A stretch of DNA of 32,000 nt from Candidatus Hermodarchaeota archaeon (GTDB taxonomy: Archaea > Asgardarchaeota > Heimdallarchaeia > Hodarchaeales > Hodarchaeaceae), in NCBI GenBank assembly GCA_048886185.1, contig JBHLKY010000002.1, positions 170,259 to 202,258 of the forward strand. Direction: 5' to 3'. Below are positions 19,248 to 28,913 of the stretch, in pieces. The notes below the pieces were generated by a model that saw nothing but the letters and a program-made list of their open reading frames with translations, did not search any database and had not been told where the DNA came from. Position 1 is the stretch's first letter; every line of letters starts with the position of its first letter. The position numbers and the translations under genes were made by a program.

Positions 19248-19514
19248 CTAGCGATTAATTGTATAATAAATACGACGGAGATCAGTGATATCAGGTACTT
19301 TTCCTATTAATCCAGCATCATGTAAATTCTGAATTGCATAGCGGACTGTCCGAGTTGAGTAACGAGTTTGTGATGAGATCTCCTTAAAAGTCATTTTATT
19401 AGCGGATTGTAATATTTGATATATTTTTAGAGAAGCAGGCGACATATTAGCAAATAATTCTACAGTAGCCAATTTGGGGAACACATCCTTTCGAATCGAC
19501 TTGGAATAACACAA
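19248..19514 (-). CDS. Small winged-helix transcriptional regulator (MarR/TrmB-like)
   Basis: SPASLKIYQIL...MTFKEISSQTRYSTRTVRYAIQNLHDAGLI...DLRRIYY. Confidence 0.85.
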   Translation of the reverse strand: MCYSKSIRKDVFPKLATVELFANMSPASLKIYQILQSANKMTFKEISSQTRYSTRTVRYAIQNLHDAGLIGKVPDITDLRRIYYTINR

Positions 19515-19551
19515 TAAAAAGGTTTTAAAATTAAATCTGAAATTTTCGCAA

Positions 19552-19585
19552 ATGATGAGATTATCATCTCAGCATCTTATATAAG
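19552..19585. promoter_or_regulatory. Palindromic operator abutting a palindromic TATA box in a divergent promoter
   Basis: ATGATGAGAT-TATC-ATCTCAGCAT (9/10 arm match, 19552-19575) immediately followed by CTTATATAAG (19576-19585). Confidence 0.65.
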
Positions 19586-19674
19586 GATTTTCATGCATGA
19601 AATTAAAAGATTATATAGGGAAACCATACTACCTTAATTCAATTGATGTTTTTAACTGGAGTCCTTCAATACTT

Positions 19675-20367
19675 ATGACTAATTCAGAAGCTGCACCACA
19701 CCAAACAAAGTACCAAGACATTGTGAACTTCAAACCTGAGGTCTTAAGAGTTATAGACAACAAAGAAACACTTAAAATACTTCTAGATCCTAATTATGAA
19801 AATATCCTCATGATTTTACGAAAAAAACCGATGACAGCCCAAGAGATTACCGCAGAATACAATAAAATCGCCGAAACGTGTTATCGAACCGAACCGAAGA
19901 CAGATAAAACGATTTACCGCTATTTAAAAACTTTAGAAAAGCATGGATTAGCAATTCCTGTTGGTCAGCGGGTTATCCTAGGAAAAACCGCTACAGAAAA
20001 ACTCTATATGCGTACTGCTCGTATTTTCCAGCGTAAAGACATTGATTGGACAACAACCAAGGGAAACCAATGGGCTCAACGTTTTGCTTCTATTTTAAGT
20101 TATATGCTTAATACAAATCCCCAAGAAGCTTCTATTGAAGGTATCCAAGAGTTTTTTAGGATTTGGAATGAAAATAAATTTGCCACACTAAAAAAGTTTG
20201 CTAAAACAGAATCAGAAGAAATTTTAGAACTTATTATAGAGGGAGAATGGGAGGAATTATTACAATTTATTGATTGGGTCTACATCTTTGGAACCCTTTT
20301 GAACCAACCGAATTTATTGGAAGAACTTTACTCTTGTTTTAAAAAAAGTAGTTTATTGGCCAAATAA
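19675..20367 (+). CDS. Winged-helix (ArsR-like) domain protein, paralog 1
   Basis: ILMILRKKPMTAQEI...KTIYRYLKTLEKHGL wHTH. Start placed at ATG 19675 because it aligns with the paralog N-terminus and 19597 is too close to the TATA box. Confidence 0.8.
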   Translation: MTNSEAAPHQTKYQDIVNFKPEVLRVIDNKETLKILLDPNYENILMILRKKPMTAQEITAEYNKIAETCYRTEPKTDKTIYRYLKTLEKHGLAIPVGQRVILGKTATEKLYMRTARIFQRKDIDWTTTKGNQWAQRFASILSYMLNTNPQEASIEGIQEFFRIWNENKFATLKKFAKTESEEILELIIEGEWEELLQFIDWVYIFGTLLNQPNLLEELYSCFKKSSLLAK

Positions 20368-20378
20368 CGGTGGTTTTC

Positions 20379-21053
20379 ATGAAATTAAATCCATTAGGAA
20401 ATCGAAAGGAAAAGTTTCAAGATGTTGTGAATTTTACACCAGTGATAGCTAAAATTATAGACGACGAAGAAACACTTAAGAAACTTGAAGACTCCAATTT
20501 TGATGTAATAATATCGCTCTTAAGAAAAGGTCCAATGACGGTTAAAGAAATTACGACCGCATTTAATAAAGAAGCTAAGAAGTCTAAAACTATAGAATCT
20601 AAGTCTGAAAAAACCATTTATAGATATTTAAAAGCATTAGAGGAAATCAATATTGTAGTTGGTGCTGGCCAACGAGTAGTGATTGGGAAAACTGCTACTG
20701 AAAAACTTTATATGCGCACTGCTCGTATATTTGAAAAAAAATATAAGTACATTGATTGGATGGGAAAAGAAGGAAATGAGTGGGCACAGCGGTTCGGTAC
20801 ATTAGTTTGTAAAATGATTAATAGCGATAAGAAACCTTCAGCAAAATGTATACAGGAATTTTTTGCTAAATGGAGTGTAGCAAAAAAAGCAGAAATGGAG
20901 AAAATGGCTACGCAGGCTCCTGGTGATGTTGTGGATATTATTACTGGGTGCGACCTAAGAGAATTAGCTGAAATTATTGGTCGTGTGTACATCTTTGGTA
21001 CTTTAATGAATCAACCTGATCTATTAAACCAACTCCACGGTTGTTTTCAATAG
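20379..21053 (+). CDS. Winged-helix (ArsR-like) domain protein, paralog 2
   Basis: IISLLRKGPMTVKEI...KTIYRYLKALEEINI; shares GQRVxxGKTATEKLYMRTARIF and VYIFGTLxNQP with the upstream gene; GGTGG before ATG 20379. Confidence 0.82.
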   Translation: MKLNPLGNRKEKFQDVVNFTPVIAKIIDDEETLKKLEDSNFDVIISLLRKGPMTVKEITTAFNKEAKKSKTIESKSEKTIYRYLKALEEINIVVGAGQRVVIGKTATEKLYMRTARIFEKKYKYIDWMGKEGNEWAQRFGTLVCKMINSDKKPSAKCIQEFFAKWSVAKKAEMEKMATQAPGDVVDIITGCDLRELAEIIGRVYIFGTLMNQPDLLNQLHGCFQ

Positions 21054-21118
21054 AGAAAGGTATTCATCAATTTGGTAGTTTTCAGTTGGGTTATTGTTAA
21101 TTTTGATTCAGTCTAGAA

Positions 21119-21436
21119 CAGTTAGAAGTCTCGTCAATAGAGGAAATCGCATTAATGTTTGTATGATTAAACAGGCAAAATATTCCAAAAGCGATAGAAA
21201 TCTTGAATGAAAATATCGAGACCCTCACTGGAATAAAATCGGTTACAGGGGAATTTATTAGGAGATAAGATTATGCTTTTGAATGGTTACGAATCTCGAA
21301 CATCGATGACATAGTATGTCTTGTTGAAACAATGAATACAGTTTTAAAGGAAAGTTGTGCAATCTATAACATTGTAACGAAAAGTCAATTGATAAAATTT
21401 AAATCTCATCAAATTGAAGCTAAAAAAAAAGGCTAG
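21119..21436 (+). pseudogene. Possible degraded ORF remnant
   Basis: 106-codon frame with two internal stops (TGA 21164, TAA 21266): ...NIPKAIEILNENIETLTGIKSVTGEFIRR*DYAFEWLRISNIDDIVCLVETMN... Confidence 0.25.
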
Positions 21437-21666
21437 AACCAATGGGATTTGTTACACGACGAATCTTATAAATTACAGCGCTTCTTAAATCATTTTCATC
21501 ATTTGAATTCATAACACACTCCAATAACATTACTTGGTTTAGTAATAAACAGCGTTATACGAAAACACAAAAAAACCTACAGCTATTACCATTATCAATT
21601 GCATTAATCCTATTTTTTTAAAATTTATATGAGAAAAATTATTGAATTATTTTTATCATTAATTCA

Positions 21667-22362
21667 ATGGTTTTTAAGAGAAAAAATGTGAGTCTAACAA
21701 CAAAGGTGTGTATTCTATCCTTTCTATGCTGTACTATCGTTTTCATGCAGTGTAATTTTCTTTCTGTAAAAAATGACAATTTTGAAGGATGGAAATCATA
21801 CCCAACTAAAAGATTTGGGCATTCCATGGTTTATGACGAAGAAAATAATCGAATCATCCTTTTTGGGGGTACAAAAATGGAAGGTACGTCATACATTTCT
21901 CTCTCAGACACATGGGTTTTTGAATGTACAACCAATACCTGGTACGAACAAAATCACACACTACATCCTTTGGCGAGAAATAACTTTGGAATGGTCTATG
22001 ATCCCACAAGACAGAGAATTCTTCTGTTTGGTGGAAGTTATACTGATGATACATGGATTTATGATCCACAGCTTAATGAATGGGAAAATATAGATCCAGA
22101 GATAACGCCAAGAGGAAGATGCAGTTCTTCTTCAATTTATGACTCTTTTAATAGGGAAATGGTTCTATTTGGAGGAATTTTCGAAATACCAATTACAGAA
22201 TCAGCGATTCTTAATGATACCTGGGTTTTAAATTTTGAGAACACAAAATGGGAGGAAATTCTTCATCCCAATCCTTCAACAAGTATGACATTCCTCTCCT
22301 CAAACTATCTTCCAACCAGTCTTCCTTCAATTTCTGCTTCGACCATTGGATTTACAATATAA
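21667..22362 (+). CDS. Secreted Kelch-repeat protein (three repeats, S/T-rich tail)
   Basis: N-terminal hydrophobic segment; RFGHSMVYD..IILFGG..DTW, RNNFGMVYD..ILLFGG..DTW, RCSSSSIYD..MVLFGG..DTW. Confidence 0.85.
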   Translation: MVFKRKNVSLTTKVCILSFLCCTIVFMQCNFLSVKNDNFEGWKSYPTKRFGHSMVYDEENNRIILFGGTKMEGTSYISLSDTWVFECTTNTWYEQNHTLHPLARNNFGMVYDPTRQRILLFGGSYTDDTWIYDPQLNEWENIDPEITPRGRCSSSSIYDSFNREMVLFGGIFEIPITESAILNDTWVLNFENTKWEEILHPNPSTSMTFLSSNYLPTSLPSISASTIGFTI

Positions 22363-22516
22363 ATCTTATCACTGAAACTCCCTCTCTTAGTGATAATATT
22401 ATCTAGAAGACGAAGCTATTCATAAAAGCTATCTATAAAATCACATGATACCCCTTTTTTCAGCTTTCATTTGAGAATCATCATTTTTCCACAAAATCCA
22501 AAGGAGAAATTCTATA

Positions 22517-23149
22517 ATGAAATTAAATAACCAAATTGTATTATGGGCAGATGAGCTGCGAGACATCTCGGCATCGGGTTTGCAGTTCTCAAGTGATATG
22601 TATAATCGCGAAAGATATCAGAAGGTACAAGATATTGCAATTAGGATGTTAGCTTTTGCTACCAATAAATTAGTAAACCAGTTGGAACCATTACGAACGA
22701 CAATATTCACACGTCCCAGTCCTCTTGTAGGTGGTGATGCAGCTGTTATTACTGATACAGGACAAATCTTACTGGTACAACGAGCGGATAACAGAAAATG
22801 GGCGATGCCTGGTGGATTATTGGAAGTAGGTGAGACACCTGTTGAAGGAGTTATAAGAGAAGTTTTTGAAGAAACAGGCATACACTGCCATGCTGTTGCC
22901 CTAATTGGTGTTTTTGATTCTAGGTTATGTGGTACAACGTACTCTCAACATCTATATCAACTAACATTCTTGTGTGAGCCTTTAAAGGAAGAAGAGGTCT
23001 TTACACCTACATACAAACATGAAACAGTGAATATAGGATGGTTTAATGAAGCTTCTTTACCTTTGGATATCGATCCAGGCCATATTTCACGTATTCCTGT
23101 GGCTTTTCGTGTATGGCGAGGTGAAGCTAAAGCGTTTTTCGATGAATAA
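22517..23149 (+). CDS. Nudix hydrolase with N-terminal Nudix_N domain (YjhB-like)
   Basis: Nudix box GGLLEVGETPVEGVIREVFEETG; N-terminal ELRDISASGLQFSSDMYNRERY. Confidence 0.92.
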   Translation: MKLNNQIVLWADELRDISASGLQFSSDMYNRERYQKVQDIAIRMLAFATNKLVNQLEPLRTTIFTRPSPLVGGDAAVITDTGQILLVQRADNRKWAMPGGLLEVGETPVEGVIREVFEETGIHCHAVALIGVFDSRLCGTTYSQHLYQLTFLCEPLKEEEVFTPTYKHETVNIGWFNEASLPLDIDPGHISRIPVAFRVWRGEAKAFFDE

Positions 23150-23303
23150 AATTATTCTATTTTGTATAATTATGTCTTGATTGAAGGATTATATTCATTC
23201 TCCTCCTTTGAAAAAAGCCACGCTATCGCTTCCCTGTATATTCCCACACCTTGCAATTATCAATGCTTCACTAATAAGGAGTGATATTTGATTGATTTTT
23301 GTT

Positions 23304-24518
23304 TCAAATCTTAGAATTGTAAATTTGAAAGTGATTTCTAATTTTTTCTATAAGAGTCTTTAAGTGTTCTAAATTTCGTGTTTCAATTGCTAACTCGACT
23401 ATTACAAAATTAAAAGGTAAATCGGGAGAAAAACGGTCCACATTAATATCAATGATATTTGCTTCCATCTTTGAGACAATCTTTAACAATCTTTCGAGTC
23501 CACCAGGTTTGTCTTCCACTAGTACTTTCAATTCCCTATAACGGCCAGATTCAATCAACCCTTGATTAATAAGCTTGCTTAAAATGGTTATATCTACATT
23601 CCCCCCACTCACAATCAAAACGATTTTCTCTCCTTTCTTGAACAAATCACGATATAGGAGAGCTGCTAATGAAACTGCTCCAGCTCCTTCTACAACTGAT
23701 TTGCATCGTTCTAAAAGTAGCAGCATGGCTCGAGCTATTTCTTTTTCTTCAACGATAACTATATCATCTAATTGAGACTTAATTACAGAGAATGTAAATT
23801 CACTTGGCTTCTTGATGGCAATCCCATCAGCTAATGTGTGACCTTTTTTTGTTTCAAGTAGTTTTCCTTCTTTAAAGGATCGATAAGCGGCATCCATCTC
23901 CCCACTTTGAACACCTACTACCCTACAGGTAGGTTTTATTGACTTGATAGCTGTTGCTATCCCAGAGATTAATCCTCCTCCACCAATCGGGCATACTACT
24001 AAATCAACGTCTGGAAGATCATCTAAAATTTCTAATCCAATGGTTCCTTGACCCGCAGCTACATACGGGTCATCAAACGCGTGAATCAATGTTAATTCTT
24101 CTTTTTCTGCAATTTCCTTTGCTTTCGTAAATGCTTCTTCAAAGCTATTCCCATACAAGATAACTTTTCCCCCATAACCCTTAGTCGCCTCGATTTTTGA
24201 AATTGGAGCACCTTTGGGCATAACAATGGTTGAGGTTACACCAAACATCGCTGCAGCTAGTGCAACTCCTTGGGCATGATTTCCTGTACTTACTGCAACG
24301 ACCCCTTTTTTCCGCTTAGTTTCGTCTAAATGAGAGATTTTGTTATATGCTCCCCGGACTTTAAATGACCCTGTTTTTTGCAGGTTTTCATGCTTTATAT
24401 AGATCTCACAGCCAGTCATCTTGGAGAATGTAGTAGAATGATTCAATGTTGTTCGCTTTATCTTCCCCTCCAATGTTCTCTGAGCTTCATTAATATCATC
24501 TATTGATAGTTCAACCAA
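23304..24518 (-). CDS. ilvA: Threonine ammonia-lyase (short catabolic type with ACT domain)
   Basis: KHENLQKTGSFKVRGA (PLP lysine), STGNHAQG, PIGGGGLISG, EGAGA, SGGN, C-terminal EDKPGGL ACT domain. Confidence 0.95.
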   Translation of the reverse strand: MVELSIDDINEAQRTLEGKIKRTTLNHSTTFSKMTGCEIYIKHENLQKTGSFKVRGAYNKISHLDETKRKKGVVAVSTGNHAQGVALAAAMFGVTSTIVMPKGAPISKIEATKGYGGKVILYGNSFEEAFTKAKEIAEKEELTLIHAFDDPYVAAGQGTIGLEILDDLPDVDLVVCPIGGGGLISGIATAIKSIKPTCRVVGVQSGEMDAAYRSFKEGKLLETKKGHTLADGIAIKKPSEFTFSVIKSQLDDIVIVEEKEIARAMLLLLERCKSVVEGAGAVSLAALLYRDLFKKGEKIVLIVSGGNVDITILSKLINQGLIESGRYRELKVLVEDKPGGLERLLKIVSKMEANIIDINVDRFSPDLPFNFVIVELAIETRNLEHLKTLIEKIRNHFQIYNSKI

Positions 24519-25041
24519 ATCACTTACCTTCCTTTATTCAATCATATTTTTCTATCAACTTTATGTGCATTATATTCATTTCTATGGTGTTTTAATGATA
24601 TATAATCCAAAAAATAAAAAAGACATTTTCTAGTGAAAGGAGCAAACAAAACGTTGTAATGTTATTAGGGATCAGTAACGGGCCGATTATTCCGAAACAA
24701 CGCAATGAAGAATGATATCAATGGAGTTTTGAGTCATCCATAACCGATTATTAAAATAAGAGATGAAAAACCGAAGATAATTGGCAACCAATCGAAATAC
24801 TTGAGATATGGTCAATAAGGAATGACTTGGAATATTGAAACTTATCCCCACGGAGAACCTGTTGAGTAATTCAACTTCAAGTGTGAGTGGTAACCCACGG
24901 AACCATTTCAGAAGAGTGGAAAATATGTTCTCTGGGAAATGAGAACTACCCCACGTTTCAGGATATGTGGTTGTGAAATCTTCAATATCTCCTGATGAGA
25001 TTAGATTAAAATGTGTATCGAATGAATTTCGGATTCAACCA

Positions 25042-26643
25042 TTATTTGATCCTCCATTGGATCCTACCATTTACAATGGTCATTTTCACTTTAACATCCT
25101 TGATCTTCTCTGAAGGGAACTGTGCTAGATCTTCCGAAAGAACAGTTATGTCTGCAACCTTTCCTGGCTCGATTGACCCTTTAATGGTTTCATCGAATGA
25201 GGCATAAGCACCATTTAAAGTATAACATCTTATAGCTTCTTCCAGAGAAATTCTACTCTCTTCTATTGGATGATTAATAGCAGCCCAAAGGCCATACAAT
25301 GGATTAAAAGGCCATGGAGGGCAATAACCACAATCTGAACCAAAAGCTACTGGGATCCCCTCATCAAGCAACTTTCTGTAAGGATTACACAGTTTTAGTC
25401 TCTTTAAACCTAATCGTTGTTCATACATACCACCAGGTTTTCCCCACTCTCCAACAAAGTTTGGCTGCATTGAAAGTATAATCCCTAGTCGCTTGACTCT
25501 TTGAATCTGGTTTTTAGTTAATACCTCACTGTGTTCAATCCTATGACGATGATCCTCCCTTGGATTGTGTTCCAGGGCCTTCTCAATTGCATTAAGGGCT
25601 TCCTCAATTCCACGATCACCAATAGCATGGATAGCAACCTGCATTCTTAGGTTATGTGCTCTCATCACTCTCTGTTTTAGTATCTTTGGAGGAACAGCAA
25701 AAATTCCTTTTGTTGATGGCTCATCTGCATAGGAATCAAAGAAAATGGCTGTACGGGAACCCATTGATCCGTCAACATAGAACTTGATAGACCCCATCCT
25801 GAGAAAATCATTACCAAAATGAGTTGTGACACCCAACGCTTCTATCCCATCTAGCATTACATCAGAGAATTGTGCATCAGGCATCACATAAGCTCGAACC
25901 TTAAGAGATCCATTTTCAAAAGCAGTTTGATAAGCACGAATATCTACAGAGTCAGAACCTAAATCATGAATGCTTGCACAACCCCAACTTAGTGCAATTT
26001 GGCAAGCTTTATTTATCCCTGATAGCTTTTCCTTTTGTGTTGTGGGAGGTTTAACAGTATCGATTAAATTCATTGCTTCTTCTCTTAGAATACCTGTAGC
26101 TTCTTTGGTTATTGGATCGCGGTCGATTACTCCCCCAGAAGGAGCTATAGTCTTCTTCGTAATTCTCGCCAGGCTAAGGGCCTGAGAATTCACAACCATT
26201 AAATGACCGTAATACGGGGTGAGAACAACTGGATTTTCAGGAGATACTCTGTCAAGGTCAACTTTCGTTGGAAATCGTTTCTCCTCCCAATTACTCTCAT
26301 CCCATCCGTGGCCTGTAAGCCAAGTACTTTTCGGCAGCTCAATCAGTCGTGTTTTAACTAACTCCGTGACTTCAGGAATAGATTTCGCTTTAGACAAATC
26401 TAGTGTTGTCTGGGTTCGAATTCCCATCAGAAGGAAGTGAGTATGGCTATCGATGAAACTTGGAATCACAGTTTTTCCTGTTACATCAAAAATCTCTGCA
26501 TGCCTTGGAATATCAACCTCTCCAACAGATCCCACCTCAGTAATTCTGGAGTCTGAAATAATAATAACACTATCAATATTTGGAGGTTTCCCCGTCCCAT
26601 CGATCATTGTACCACCCCTTAGTGCAATAAAATGATTATTCAT
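25042..26643 (-). CDS. Amidohydrolase 3 family (YtcJ-like) metal-dependent hydrolase
   Basis: FIDSHTH, KFYVDGSMGSRTA, HAIGDRG, RHRIEH, SMQP, FGSD, GSIEPGKVAD. Confidence 0.92.
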   Translation of the reverse strand: MNNHFIALRGGTMIDGTGKPPNIDSVIIISDSRITEVGSVGEVDIPRHAEIFDVTGKTVIPSFIDSHTHFLLMGIRTQTTLDLSKAKSIPEVTELVKTRLIELPKSTWLTGHGWDESNWEEKRFPTKVDLDRVSPENPVVLTPYYGHLMVVNSQALSLARITKKTIAPSGGVIDRDPITKEATGILREEAMNLIDTVKPPTTQKEKLSGINKACQIALSWGCASIHDLGSDSVDIRAYQTAFENGSLKVRAYVMPDAQFSDVMLDGIEALGVTTHFGNDFLRMGSIKFYVDGSMGSRTAIFFDSYADEPSTKGIFAVPPKILKQRVMRAHNLRMQVAIHAIGDRGIEEALNAIEKALEHNPREDHRHRIEHSEVLTKNQIQRVKRLGIILSMQPNFVGEWGKPGGMYEQRLGLKRLKLCNPYRKLLDEGIPVAFGSDCGYCPPWPFNPLYGLWAAINHPIEESRISLEEAIRCYTLNGAYASFDETIKGSIEPGKVADITVLSEDLAQFPSEKIKDVKVKMTIVNGRIQWRIK

Positions 26644-26855
26644 ATTAAATCCTCACTAGAATATTAGTTTTATTAGAGATCTTTACTGGAAGTTACATAT
26701 TGATGGAGTGACAATAAATCTTGCTTATGTTTATAAAACCACATTTAGAAGAGTGAAAACTAACATTATCTAGCTATTAATTGGATAGATATCTTCTACA
26801 ACATAGGTCATAGCTAGAAAGAAGAAGTGTAAACTTCCTTAATCTTTCTTAATAG

Positions 26856-28841
26856 TTGTTCTTACCGTGGAAGTATGCTTTTGGAATGATAAAGGATGAA
26901 AAACTAATGTTAAAGACTGTACTCAGCCATATCTCGTCCATTCGAAAAAAATTATATCAAATTAAGCTAATAATATCCTTTATCATTCTTGCAGCCGTTA
27001 TATCCGCTATTGGGGTGAATTATTTCTCTTTTACACAGGAGGCAGAGCAAGATTTTCCATCTCTACTATCGAAGAGTCTGATAGAAAATGATGATTTATC
27101 GTGCACACCATTTCAATTTTCCGAAGATACAATCCAATATAGAAACCATAATCCCATAATGATTGATGGTGATAATGACTTCATGGAACAAGCAGAAAAA
27201 GAAAATTGGCCTGGAAAGGGAACAGAATCAGCACCATATGTTATTCAGGAACTCAATATTACAAACCAAGATAGGAATAAACTTATAGAAATTCGAAATA
27301 CAAATTTACATTTCCAAATCTATAATTGCTTACTAAACGGAGGCCAAGCTTATGGAATCTTGTTCAGTACTGTGTTCAATGGACATATATCCAATATTAT
27401 GGTCAAGAATAGTAAGTTGGGAATTTCTCTCATCCATTCTGGAAATAACAGCTTATCTGGCAACACTATTGTGAACAATAGTGGGAGAGGAATTAGTCTC
27501 TATGCCTCCATTAATGTAGAGATATCAAAGAACACAGTCACAAACAATGGCGAGATAGGAATTCAGATTCATTTGTCAAATACGATCACTCTCTTGAATA
27601 ATAAAGTAAGTTATAACAATCAAAAAGGGATTTATCTTTGGTACGCTGCGGATTGTATTCTAACTGGAAACACAATAAGTAACAACAACATGGAGGGAAT
27701 TGATATTTTTTATTCTGGAAATAATATTTTCACAGGTAATGTGATTGAAAATAATACTGATAGAGGAGTCCTAATCCAATCTTCGCTAAATGTGTTCTTT
27801 GGCAATAAAATTACCAATAATCTTGATTTTGGTATTTTAATTACTAGAGATAACAACACAATCCAAAAAAATAATTTTTATTGGAACAATCTTGGAGGTG
27901 AGTCCCAGGTTTATGATGAGGCGATGAACAATAACTTTGCTTACAACTATTGGAATGATTGGATCGGTCCTGATACCAATAGTGATGGGTTTGTGGATTA
28001 TAACTATCCGATTTCAGGGAGAACAGATAACCATGATCCATTCCCAGTCACAATCCCCTATCATCTCCTTCCTGGTTTAATTATAAAGCCTGCAGGTGGT
28101 GACAGTCTTTCAGGAATCATTTCCATTCAGTGGACCCCTGCAACTGATACTCAAGGGCATAATATCACATATTCAATCTTTCATTCAACAGATGGGGGAA
28201 ATTTATGGACGCTTGAGGAGGATGGATTGACAAAAACAGTCTATTATTGGGATAGCAGTACATTAATTGATGGACTCCAGTACTGGATTAAAATCGATAT
28301 GAACTGTGTGGAAGGAGATTGGGAGATGGATAGGATAAATAAACCATTAATCATCGATAATTATTTCCATTTTCAATCATTTAGCGTGCTTTCTCCCACA
28401 AGAGGAGAAGTTCGTTCAGGGGATATTCTTATAGAGTGGACTTCGGAAGAAGACGTCTTCAACCATAGTGTGACCTTTGATGTCTCGTATTCAACAAACA
28501 ATGGTACATCTTGGAATATCCTTGTTACTAATCTAACTGAAATGACTTATGTTTTAAACAGTTTGAACCTGGAAAACGGTGCCCAATATCTCTTACGGAT
28601 CAACGCCAGCTGTAGCGAGGGTTCTTGGCGTTTAGCTTTCACCAATGGCACCTTTGCTATTTACAACATTTTCCCCATTACCAATTTTTCATCAACTTAT
28701 ATCAAGATTTCAACTAGCACTAAGGATTTTACAAATAATTCACTAAATAAGAAGTTTGGTATCCTGACACTGGCTTTACCAGCTCTCTTCATTACTTGTT
28801 TCATCTTACTCATTATTGTCCGTCGTTATCAAACGAAATAA
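26856..28841 (+). CDS. Cell-surface glycoprotein: NosD/CASH right-handed beta-helix, two beta-sandwich repeats, C-terminal TM anchor
   Basis: N-terminal hydrophobic segment; GKGTESAPYVI; repeated GI.L..S.NN.I.GNTI..N units; NYWNDW..PDTNSDG; two I.I.W...D...H.(I/V)T(Y/F).(I/V)..ST.(G/N)G..W repeats; many N-x-S/T sequons; LALPALFITCFILLIIVRR anchor. Real start may be a downstream ATG. Confidence 0.85.
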   Translation: MFLPWKYAFGMIKDEKLMLKTVLSHISSIRKKLYQIKLIISFIILAAVISAIGVNYFSFTQEAEQDFPSLLSKSLIENDDLSCTPFQFSEDTIQYRNHNPIMIDGDNDFMEQAEKENWPGKGTESAPYVIQELNITNQDRNKLIEIRNTNLHFQIYNCLLNGGQAYGILFSTVFNGHISNIMVKNSKLGISLIHSGNNSLSGNTIVNNSGRGISLYASINVEISKNTVTNNGEIGIQIHLSNTITLLNNKVSYNNQKGIYLWYAADCILTGNTISNNNMEGIDIFYSGNNIFTGNVIENNTDRGVLIQSSLNVFFGNKITNNLDFGILITRDNNTIQKNNFYWNNLGGESQVYDEAMNNNFAYNYWNDWIGPDTNSDGFVDYNYPISGRTDNHDPFPVTIPYHLLPGLIIKPAGGDSLSGIISIQWTPATDTQGHNITYSIFHSTDGGNLWTLEEDGLTKTVYYWDSSTLIDGLQYWIKIDMNCVEGDWEMDRINKPLIIDNYFHFQSFSVLSPTRGEVRSGDILIEWTSEEDVFNHSVTFDVSYSTNNGTSWNILVTNLTEMTYVLNSLNLENGAQYLLRINASCSEGSWRLAFTNGTFAIYNIFPITNFSSTYIKISTSTKDFTNNSLNKKFGILTLALPALFITCFILLIIVRRYQTK

Positions 28842-28913
28842 TTCAAACTAGAATTTTTCAATAATGGGATCCAATTAACAAACCTCACATTTCCAGATTT
28901 GTGAAAAAAACTC

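Noticed and set aside
18204-22425. Stop-codon reassignment or readthrough explaining the in-frame stops
   Set aside because: The interruptions use TAA, TGA and TAG, and intact genes in the window end with all three; a frameshift is also present
24840-24960. Three CCCACG occurrences about 50 nt apart as a mini-CRISPR or repeat array
   Set aside because: Shared core is only 6-7 nt, far below CRISPR repeat length; no cas genes or leader
24520-25040. 500-nt spacer as a riboswitch or hidden gene
   Set aside because: No riboswitch consensus recognised and all frames I read are interrupted by frequent stops; may be a relic but I cannot support it
1993-28041. Remaining short antisense or alternate-frame track ORFs nested within annotated genes (e.g. 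1993-2259, 7266-7463, 9301-9543, 14343-14609, 20708-20992, 21773-22093, 22618-22881, 25970-26440, 27844-28041)
   Set aside because: Fully overlap well-supported genes and show no motifs; expected by chance
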